Assembly: GCA_000182565.2 (NCBI GenBank)
Contig: KQ257458.1
Direction: 5' to 3' (one strand)
From: Spizellomyces punctatus DAOM BR117
Taxonomy: Eukaryota
Length of the DNA: 64,000 nt
The notes under the pieces were generated by a model that made no database searches, was not told where the DNA came from, and saw only the letters and a program-made list of their open reading frames with translations. Positions 25,370 to 35,546 of the stretch are shown here, piece after piece. The number at the start of each line of letters is the position of its first letter. Position 1 is the stretch's first letter. The translations under genes and the position numbers were made by a program.

Positions 25370-27009
25370 TCACCGCAATCCTAATCCACGTGCAGTTTTC
25401 AAAAAGATGGACATGAGCCAGCCAGCGTTCTCCTCATCACTATCAACATCTTCCATGTCTTCATTGCCATTTTCTTCGCAGACGTTTTCCTCATCGCTAT
25501 CATCATCTTCCATATTTCCATTGACATTATCTTCCCAAAGATCTGCTGTCTTCTTGCTTTCCTCCTCTTTGTTGACTAGAATATTTTGTCGCGTTTGATT
25601 CACCTTTGGCGGCCACGGCGCCTCCTTCAAAGGTGTGAGCACAAGCGTCCGATGCCTCTTTGTTGCCCTAGACGCTTTTTCCGTAAAGACCGTAGCCTGG
25701 TCACTTTCTTCCATTGTGGGTTGTGAGGACCTCTTACGCTTTCCAGCGCTCTCTGGATAACGTGGTGGAAGAGAATCTACTTGCATGGCATCCTGGCTCT
25801 GCGAAAAGTCTGGCTGCGGAATTGGACCTCTGTTGACCCTGGGGCTTCGCCCGTTGCTGCTCAAAGCAGCAATTCGTGCAGAGGCCCGAGTTGGCGTTTT
25901 GATGGGACGAGGAGACGGAGGGCAGCCAGACTCTCCTTCGTCCTTTTTCAGCTGATCAACAGCATCCTGGCGACGTGATGGGCTTCCCGTTGCTGCCAGC
26001 TGTTTTTGCTCGTCAGAAGTCGACTGATCCATGTCATCGTTACGTTTTGGCTTGCGGGCTGACCCTCGAGCAGCGGATCTAGTCGGAGTGCGCGGTGTAG
26101 CCATCGTTTCTTCCGCTCCAGCGTGTATCTTTGGCGGCGTGATTGCATCGTCGGAAGGTTCTTTAGACGATTCGTCGTTCTTGGGTTTACGCGCCGACCG
26201 AGCTACAGTCGATTTGGATTTTGATGGAGTCGTTGGGACATTATCATCTTGAGTTTCCTTCATATCATCACTAGCAGCTGGGACATCATCAAATGGAGAA
26301 GGGTATGTAATGGCCTCGGATTTCAACGTGTTTTCCACCGAGAGAAGCGCGCCTGTGAACTCTTCGTTGTTCTTGCGTGCAAAATCATCGGACATGCTTC
26401 CCGTAGTTAAGCGGCGGCTTTTGCGCGTAGGAGTCCTTGGAACCTTGCGACCAGGGACGTTGTCCTGTCCGTTGATTTCCCCAGAAATCGGTTCGAAAAG
26501 AGCCTTCCTTGCCTTTACATCAGGCCACTCGGGACGTACCAAATGTCCATCACCGTCTTCCTCAAAACCATTTTTCAATTCAGCAAAAGTAGCTCTGGTC
26601 ACCCTTCTGGCTGCGATAGCCGCTCTGCGTGAGGGTGTCATAGGAGGCTTGAGCATGTTTTGGGTAATCTTTGGTTCAAGTTTCTTTTGAATTTTCCCCA
26701 CTTCCGGTCCTTCAAACGCCGCAATGCGGTTGCGCACAACTGGAGGAATAACGGGAGGCGCTCCTGCGTGCTTTTTGTCCAGGTTGGCGTGCAGAAGACG
26801 CACCACCTCTGAAACTGACTTTCCACCTCGCATTCCTCGCGGACGGCCGACATTTTGTTGGGCTGCATTAAAGACTTGCTGCTTCTTCGGCAGTGATTGG
26901 CCAGTGCCGTGCGAGTTTTGCTAGACGTCGGATAGAGTCACGCCGATCAGGAAAGAGCTTCGTGTTTCAGGCACACTAATTGCAAAGAACCTACCTCGTC
27001 GGACGGCAT
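25370..27009 (-). CDS. Hypothetical disordered protein rich in S/T-P-x-K/R sites
   Basis: 487-aa ORF extended by exon MPSDE through an intron at about 26925-26994; no recognisable folded domain. Confidence 0.7.
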
Positions 27010-27498
27010 GTGTCGTTTGATGTGTTTCTCAGGTAATGCAGACAAAGTCAAGTTTCAGCGACAAGTATGATATGATGCGGAAAGCAAGCCTGTTGCTCGA
27101 CCAAAAAAAAAAAAGTTGGATCGGAGGAAGTGTGAAAGGAAACGTCGGTGAGGTGTCCGAATGACGCGCCTTACGGACATGTACGCGAACTGACTGTTCA
27201 ATTGCCATTTTTGGATGAGTCCGAAGGGGGCCAAGTACAGTAGCGTTCCACGTTTTGCATTGCGCAATAGGAAGCTTTTTGAAGAGCATCACCAATTATA
27301 AAAGGTTTTGTTGGCAATGTCGTATTAATCGTACAATGCCATCCAAGATGCAACGGGTTGCAAGCATGTATCAGCCGTCATTTACTCTCATCACGAAATG
27401 ATAGATATGTTAGTGTAGAGGTGACAGAAACTGGCACTAGCTACTACACCAGGGAATAAACCAGCGACAACTGGTTCGGAAAAGCTAACTAACTACTA

Positions 27499-27878
27499 CT
27501 AGGCAATTATACACGCAATACGTAACTGTTGTTCTAACCGGATAATTGCCCACCACCACACACGGTCCCTACTAGGCCTTGATCCAGAACTCTTGATGGC
27601 ATTGAAGCCAGACTCTTGCATCCAGGAGCGAATCGACTGGGCAGCGTCACAAGCTGGAGGATTTTCAGTGACAAGGCTTGGAGATTACAAAAAAATGCAT
27701 GTCAGCAACAGAATGACAGAATGAAAAGAAATGCCATCAGTACATACCAACCAAGCTCAACAAATGTGGCAGCATAATAGTAGGTTTTGTTATCGGATCC
27801 AATTGGTTGCCACTGGTTCTGATCATGGTTGCTGTTGGGCGGTCGAGGTCCTCGGCACCACCACATCGGCATTCTCAT
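27499..27878 (-). CDS. Small spliced orphan ORF (102 aa) ending in CaaX (ACIIA)
   Basis: Exons 27878-27748 and 27676-27499 flank a 71-nt GTATGT...GCTGAC...AAG intron, with TATAAAA upstream. Absent from the ORF track. Confidence 0.4.
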
Positions 27879-27972
27879 GGTTGGACTTGAGAGTCATGAT
27901 GAGAAGAGTTGTGCAGATGATTTGAGAGTCGAGGAACTGGTGAGGAAGGGGAGAGACAGCAAAAGGCCCCCC

Positions 27973-27979
27973 TTTTATA
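27973..27979 (-). promoter_or_regulatory. TATA box of the small orphan gene
   Basis: TATAAAAGGGGGG on the minus strand, followed by a pyrimidine-rich stretch, about 80 nt upstream of the first ATG (27897). Confidence 0.55.
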
Positions 27980-28572
27980 GACCTTCAGCATGCGCCTCAC
28001 CACAGTTTGAAAAAGAAAAAAATACATTAGCATGCCACACTGCAGTTTGGAGAACATTAGCATGCATGCCTCACCGATTTGAGCGATAGATGGGGGTTCT
28101 GATTATGCGATATGATTAACCGGATTGAGCCGGATAATAATGGGTCCTAGTGCCATTTTCAATCACGTCCACAATATGCACTCGACTAAGCTCTAGATCT
28201 CAAACTGAGCAAACCGAGCTTAGCATACATGTTAGTTAAGCGTAAGTTATATCCATCTTGGAAGGGACTTGTCGCCTGAAACCATGTTAGGGGACCATCC
28301 TAATTTCGCTCGCAAATCATCTCTGCAATAATTCGAATTCATCATTAAAAAACAGGTATTCTGGTGAGCTGTCACATGCACACTGCTCGCCAGGCTTTCT
28401 TCCCGGCAATGATATCGTCGTAAAGGACAAAGTAAATCATCATTCCTCAACACAATGAGTGACCACATGTGGACAGGAATTCAGATGCTTCAAAGCAGGT
28501 GCCCATGATGAACAGAAAAGTAAACAGAGTATTGCAAATGGCCATTCAACGGAGTAACAAAGCACCAACTAT

Positions 28573-30099
28573 CTATCGGCCCTCCTTCTCTCGTTCTTTG
28601 TTTTTATCCTTGATTGTGTACGCCCCGTAGCTTTTTTGTGGGTCAAACACTTCCCACCGGCTGGCGGGAAAGATGTGCTTATTCTTTTCATACCAGGCGC
28701 GTTCGAGAATTTTACCCGCATGTGACTGAGAACGGAAGTAAGAATAAGAAATGTTGTTCATTGATATGTCGCCGAGATGACCTCACCTCCTCAGTCTCAA
28801 TGGTCGCATCGTTCACAAGCCGCACATCATCATGCACGTCAAAGGAGAATAGCGGCCCAGACTTTCCACGGGTTTTGTTCACTATGAAGTCATAAAATGT
28901 ATAGTGCTGCCCGTAAAAAAAAACGCAATAGCAGTTAGAATTCGTGCCCAATACGCAAGTCTTACTTGCGGCCTACTTACATGTGGTATGATCAGATCTT
29001 CCTTGACGTACATCAAGTTGTCAACATTGACTCCCCGAAGCTCATGCCACTGCTGACGACAGTTTTCTAGGAACTGCCCAATCGTATCACCCTTCTTGCA
29101 TTCAACCTGTTTCCGATGACCTGTGCCATCCCAATAACTGTACGTTATCAGAATTTTCTCCTCTGAAGACGATGTGAGACAAAAGTTTCGGAAACAAAGT
29201 ACAGTGTTCCGGGCATACTTTTGGTCCGTTCTTGCTTTTCGAGCCATTCCTCTTTCAGCCTTTCCCTCTCTTTCCTCTCCTCCTCTTCCCGCTCTCTGTC
29301 CGGCAGAAAGCTAGTATCGACAGCAGGATCTTTCTTTATTTTCTTCTTTGGTTTTTCATCTGTCTCTGGATGGACGGAAATTCCTTGTTAGCATCAAAGG
29401 TGAATCTGGGATTGAAAATAAGGATTTCGCACGGCGGCCCTCAGTGAGAAGATTAAGGTTCTCATGTCAAGTGCAAAGATTGCACATGATCAAGGAAATA
29501 ATACGATACATTACGATCATCATCATCGGGCAGCCGCATATTCTCCAGCCCTCGCTGCTTACCTTCCTTGTTCGTTTCTTCATCTTCACCTTCCTCACCG
29601 TCTATATCAAAAGACAGTTTAATCTTCTCCTTTTTCTTTTTGCGTTTTTGCTTCAGTCTATCAGTGCATCACGACATAGTCAGAATATGTGCAGTAGTAA
29701 CTTGGAAGTCACCCGTACTTACAGAGCTGCTTGCTCCTTCTCAATGTCCTCTCGTCGCTTTTGATCCAAGCTCTCTCTAATCCTCTGGAAGTCTTCAAGT
29801 TGAACCAACCCGATAGTTTGCCGTTTCAGCTCGCTATCCACCCAATCGTTCTGGGCAACAAATTTATCTGCGCCTATGTGAACTGTTTTTTCCTGTGCAA
29901 TGCATCATACAAGAGGATCGGATCTTTCTGAAGTTAGTCATGATGAACGGACAAGATTTACTCAAGGCAAAAAATCCTGTTCTCAAACCTTGGCGATCCG
30001 ATCTTTTTGATTCTGGAAGTCTGCCATCATCATCTTGCGCTGATTCTCAAGCATTGCAGCCCGAGATGCTTCCGACCCGGCTCCCTTATATTCTGCCAT
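28573..30099 (-). CDS. XAP5: XAP5/FAM50 family nuclear protein
   Basis: [14 protein letters not shown]..., [56 protein letters not shown]; multi-exon. Confidence 0.93.
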
Positions 30100-30281
30100 A
30101 TCTGTTGAAGATTCCTTTGGTTTCCGTCAGAACTTCTCAAAGGTGATTCGCCCAACCCAACAAGCCGTTCATTCCCATCTGTGGTCGTTATTGCGCATGT
30201 TACCACAGTAACAAGCAAATGACTCACCCGACGTGATAAGATCGTTGGACCTCCCATTGTCGGGCTTTGGCGAATGACACT

Positions 30282-32740
30282 ATGCACCGACCAGGCTTTA
30301 ACCCTTCGGGGTTGCGCCCGGTTTATCACTGCTCAAGAGAGCTATTTGCAAGAAGAGGCATTTTGAACGCATGGGTATGCGATATGTTTGCTGGGCGATA
30401 CCGTATATCAAGGAATGTTCACGAGTCCTCTTAGCCACGCCGCTTTGTTTCTCTGGAACGTCTAAGTTGCTCCTCGAGTCTGATACAAGGATCCGAAAAC
30501 AAGAAGCGTCTGTTTACGCCGGTTTGTTTTTGTACCCTTCGATTGCTAGACGTCCATCTGGTGAATAACACAGGCATGGCCAGGCTGTTACCACATTTTT
30601 CCAAATTCGAACGTCGGCAAGCGAAGCCGTAGAGACAAAGAAAAAGAGCACGTCACTAGCCGCCTCAGATGTGCCATCTTATCCTGAACCGGGCACTCGA
30701 GCGGCGGATTGGCAAATTGTCAAGGAACTGACTGCGTACCTTTGGCCAAAAGGCGAGCCAGGAATAAAAGCGAGAGTGATTGTTGCGCTATCACTGTTGA
30801 TAGGAGGCAAAGTTTTAAATGTCAACATTCCTATTCTATTCAAACACGCAGTGGATATCCTCCAGCCTATGCCAGGGGCTACAGTTATGACCGTAGCTGG
30901 CACAGTTCTCCTTGGATATGGGGCGGCCCGGCTGGGATCATCTTTGTTTCAGGAATTGAGAACTGCTGTGTTTGGCCGAGTTGCACAACGTGCAATAAGA
31001 AGCGCTGCCTGCAGTATCTTCTACCACATGCTGCGTCTGGATCTGAGCTTCCATCTTAATCGACAAACTGGCGGACTGGTTCGAGCTATTGATCGGGGCA
31101 CTAAAGGAATCAATCAAATTCTCTCCTCGATGGTATTCCACGTCGTTCCTACCGCACTCGAAATTTCGATGGTTTGCGGTATTCTTGCCTACAGTTTCGG
31201 TTCGGCGTACGCAGCAGTCACATTAGGGACAATGGGCACATACGCTGCGTTTACCTTTGCAACTACCAGCTGGCGTGTTAAATTTCGCCAACAAATGAAT
31301 GCTGCTGATAATAAAGCTGCGTCAACGGCGACAGATGCTCTCCTCAATTTTGAAGCTGTGAAGTATTTCACAAATGAGCGCTTCGAAATGAAAAGATATG
31401 ACCGATCCCTGGCGAAGTACGAAGAAGCTGCGATCAAATCTGTCACATCGCTGGCGTTTTTGAACGCAGGACAGAGTGCCATATTTTCGGTAGCTCTGAC
31501 GGCTATGATGTGGATGGCTGCTCAGGGCATCATAGCGGGATCGCTGACAGTCGGAGATCTAGTTATGGTCAACGGTCTCCTATTTCAGCTATCGATGCCC
31601 TTGAACTTCCTCGGAACTGTATACCGCGAAACGCGCCAGAGCCTCATTGATATGGACACAATGTTCCGCCTTCGTCATGTCCAGCCTCAGATTACAGCAC
31701 CTCCGAATGCTCCTCCCTTGGTCCTCCGGAAAGGAGGAGAAATACAGTTGAAAGATGTCCAATTTGCTTATCACTCCAGTCGTCCGATCCTTAACGGTGT
31801 CGATATTACCATTCCGGCTGGAAAGAGTGTAGCTTTCGTTGGTCCAAGTGGATGTGGTAAATCGACAATTTTACGACTGCTGTTTCGCTTCTTCGATCCG
31901 CAGCGTGGCACCATCACGATTGATGGGGATGATATTCGAGGGGTAAGCTTGGAAAGCCTGAGGCAGTCCATGGGGGTCGTGCCGCAAGATACCATCCTGT
32001 TCAACCAAACGATATATTACAATATTCTGTATGGGCGACCTGATGCATCCAGAGAGGAAGTGGAGGAAGCTGCACGAAAGGCAAGAATCCACGACGTCAT
32101 TGTAAACAACTTCCCTGAAGGATACGAAACCAAAGTCGGGGAACGAGGATTGATGATTAGTGGCGGAGAAAAGCAAAGGGTTCAGCTTGCACGAACCTTT
32201 TTGAAGGTTCGCCGATATTGTGTAATTCAGCACGATTCATTCCAAACTTAAATTATTTCTTTGCTATCATAGAACCCGCCAATAATGCTCTTTGACGAAG
32301 CAACATCAGCCTTAGATCAATCGACGGAGACTGCCATTATGACGACCATCCGCGAATTCCTGCACGACCCGCATCCAGCGACACAGGCAGCTGGATTGGG
32401 GTCGCGAACCGCCATTTTCATCGCGCACCGCCTTCGTACAATTATGGATTGTGATTTAATTGTTGTCATGAAAGAGGGCCACGTAGCAGAATCTGGGACA
32501 CACGACGAACTGCTTCTCAAAGGCGGAGTGTATGCGAGCATGTGGAAAGCACAGCAGGAAGGATCTGGCTCCGATGACGTGGAGAGGGAAGAGCCCGAGA
32601 GAGTCGAAGAAGAAGACGCAATACGCGGAAGGAGGAAGGCAACAAAGGACCAAAGTGAGGAGAGCAGCCGCGACCCAGCAGTCGGCGGCAAGGAGCCTGC
32701 CGTACTATCAGGAGTGCCAACGTCTACGCCTAGCTCGTGA
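30282..32740 (+). CDS. ATM1: Mitochondrial ABC half-transporter Atm1/ABCB7 (Fe-S export)
   Basis: [50 protein letters not shown]. The 5' exons were rebuilt from ATG 30282 (presequence-like [12 protein letters not shown]...), so the start is less certain. Confidence 0.93.
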
Positions 32741-32836
32741 TACACATTCAGATCCCCATTGCTTATATATATATATAAAAGTTTACACTAGGTCAACAAT
32801 ACTATGCTGCATTGCGGTTTACCCGATTCCAATCCC

Positions 32837-34321
32837 TCAACTCTTTGATGACATTAGCTTATCTACACGACCTGCTAATGCCTCTATCCTGCCATGTAGC
32901 GCTTCAACATTCTTTCCCACTGCTATCTCATTTGCCTTCACACTCTCCTCCAAGCGCCCCACAGCATCCTCTATACCTTTGAACCCTTCGCCAACCCTGC
33001 TTTGTTCCTGAACCAGCATTTTCAAACTATCAGCAAACACTGCTGCCTCAGAATGCAGCGATTGCAATCCGCGCAGGCGTGATACCAGATGTGGAATCAC
33101 GCGTGCCACTGGATCTAGTTTCTCCATTGTTTCATACAGATAATTAATCTTTCGTTCCGTCTCTGTTTGGGCTTTGTGCATTTCGACATCTTGTAGAGCT
33201 GATACACTCGAGCGCAGCAGATTCTCAGTCGACAACGTCAGTGAACTTTCCAATTGCTGTTTTTTTCGCAAGTCTACAACGCGCTCCATTTCGCCAGCGA
33301 GAGTCTTGACTCGTCTTGATACGATATCAAGTTGCCGTGGTTGCGTCAGGAGAGAAAGGTGATTGTCTAGCTTTTGTAGTGCTCCTATCAGGCTGCCATT
33401 TTCCTGCAATAGGGAGGTAACAGATTCGTTTGCTCCATCTAGACCTTGGAGAAAATGCGTGCCAATAAGTCGCTCCAGCGAGGCAAGTCTGCTTTCCACA
33501 TCAGTTAGCTTCGCTAGTTGAGTGAGTTTTGCGCTCTCTGGAGTGTAGAAAAGTTCATATGTGACATATGATCCATCCGCGCCCTCAGGTGTTGTAGTGG
33601 GGATTGGTACCGCCGCCGCCGTTGAGTCGGCAACTTCCTCCGAAAGGCTTAAATTTCGAAATGCTTTCAGCTGCGTTAATAGTGCTTTTCCTTCAGCCAT
33701 CTGTTTTGCAGGCGTTCCCGGAGCAGTTTTCCCATCCAAATCCTTCGGTTCTGAGTTGTCGACGAATGCTCGGCCCATACCCGCTAAGTCCGATTGCAGG
33801 ATAGAAACTTGATCCAATAGCTGAGCGTGCGAGATTGTCTTCCCTTTACGTTCACGTTTCTTTCCTATGCCAGAAGTGGATTGTGATTCCTGCTCCAACG
33901 TTCCCTCGGGATGCACATTTTCAATCTCTCTGCCTAGCTCTTCTACTTCGAACATGAGCCTTCGCAACCGCTGCACGGGAGTTTCCTTTTCCGTTGTCCG
34001 CATAGCTCCAAGCATTTCGTATTCTTCCTGCTCTGGAAGTCCCTTGCGTCGGTATCCTTCTCTTCGCCTTCTTCCGACTCTTCCTGAGAAGTCAACATTG
34101 CCTATTCCTGGCCTAGCGGATTCAAATTTACCGGAAGCTGCTGAGACTGACACAGATGTGCGGACGAGACCCTCTTTCTCTTCATCATCAGAGTAATCCG
34201 AAAACGCAGACCCTTCTCGTGCATGACCATGGAGACCGACGCCAGATGTTTCGGATGAATCTGGCGTTTCGTACACGTCGGGCTGGGTATCTAGATCAGG
34301 GAGCGTGCTGTATTTGGACAT
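32837..34321 (-). CDS. DCTN2: Dynactin subunit 2 (dynamitin/p50)
   Basis: MSKYSTLPDLDTQPDVYETPD, ETPVQRLRRLMFEVEEL, YVTYELFY, coiled coils; the likely start is the internal Met at 34321. Confidence 0.92.
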   Translation of the reverse strand: MSKYSTLPDLDTQPDVYETPDSSETSGVGLHGHAREGSAFSDYSDDEEKEGLVRTSVSVSAASGKFESARPGIGNVDFSGRVGRRRREGYRRKGLPEQEEYEMLGAMRTTEKETPVQRLRRLMFEVEELGREIENVHPEGTLEQESQSTSGIGKKRERKGKTISHAQLLDQVSILQSDLAGMGRAFVDNSEPKDLDGKTAPGTPAKQMAEGKALLTQLKAFRNLSLSEEVADSTAAAVPIPTTTPEGADGSYVTYELFYTPESAKLTQLAKLTDVESRLASLERLIGTHFLQGLDGANESVTSLLQENGSLIGALQKLDNHLSLLTQPRQLDIVSRRVKTLAGEMERVVDLRKKQQLESSLTLSTENLLRSSVSALQDVEMHKAQTETERKINYLYETMEKLDPVARVIPHLVSRLRGLQSLHSEAAVFADSLKMLVQEQSRVGEGFKGIEDAVGRLEESVKANEIAVGKNVEALHGRIEALAGRVDKLMSSKS

Positions 34322-34565
34322 TATGGAATTCTGGTATGCAAAACTGATAGCAAAGCACCCTTGTTGGATAAGGTGAACCCAGATAAGAGTCCAAGGATTT
34401 GTGGTACGTTGGTTGAGGATTTGGTGTGTAGATGGAGAAGGGCAAACCAGACGGCGGTGCAGAGCTGTGCCATCACTTTGCCAGGCGCGCGCATCGTAAG
34501 CTGGACGGGGCATTTTCAATGATCGGCGCAGCGCTTTGCACTTTTCACCCTGCCAGCAGCTGACA

Positions 34566-35406
34566 ATGGTGAGGACCCCATCGTAGCAAGAGTGTTACTG
34601 ATATACCCAGCTCACCTAATTCCACTCTCAACAACGCACTCTTACTTTGCAGATTCGGTAAGATGGGTGCACCGATGAATGAGCGGAATACCAACCGCTG
34701 ACGTTGATATCCTGCCAGATTCATTCTTGTGCAAAATCGACAAGGAAAAACGCGGCTTTCAAAATGGTACATGCCATTTGAAGACGAGGAGAAGCAAAAG
34801 CTCAAAGCGGACGTACACAAACTTGTGGCTGCACGGGATCAAAAACATCAATCCAACTTTGTAGAGGTACCCACTACCCTTGGGTGTAAGCCGCCTGTAC
34901 CAATCTGCTGACACAATTTGTACTGTTCTTCCAGTTTCGAAACTACAAAATCGTCTACCGAAGATATGCAGGATTATTTTTTTGCTTCTGTGTCGACACC
35001 AATGACAACGAATTGGCGTACTTGGAGGCAATACACTTCTTTGTGGAAGTGCTTGATGCGTTTTTCCGTAACGTTTGCGAGCTGGATCTAGTATTTAATG
35101 TACGTGTACACTGTCAATACTATCTATGCCAACGAACCGTTACTGACTACTGTCCATCTTGAAACATCCTCAGTTCTACAAGGTGCTGTAGTGTTCAATT
35201 CCAATATTCTCCTGCGTGGTTGCTGACGTGGATGCAGGTGTATGCTATTCTTGATGAAGTGTTTCTGGCAGGAGAGATCCAAGAGACAAGGTTCGATGTT
35301 TGCTTTCATGCGTTTATTCTGGTAATTCCCGAGTCACTAATATTGCTGTCGCATTAGCAAAGGGGCAATATTGAGCCGCCTGGATTATTTGGATAAGCTG
35401 GAATAG
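34566..35406 (+). CDS. APS2: AP-2 adaptor complex sigma subunit
   Basis: Exons 34566-34568, 34653-34657, 34719-34866, 34935-35099, 35174-35182, 35238-35290, 35358-35406 give [20 protein letters not shown]...YRRYAGLFF...[31 protein letters not shown]. Confidence 0.95.
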
Positions 35407-35546
35407 GATGGTTTACAGGGCGCCTATCTTACCCAAAAAAGCAGTCTTGGCTACCCACAAGGCGCTTCTGTTTAGGTCATTAATGTACATAATTTATCTT
35501 CACTAGCGTTTCCAGCCATTACATGTGAAGTCTATAGTACCATGTA

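Noticed and set aside
34322..34519. 66-aa N-terminal extension of the dynamitin ORF
   Set aside because: Conserved dynamitin sequence starts at MSKY (34321); the extension uses a non-ATG start and runs into the shared promoter.
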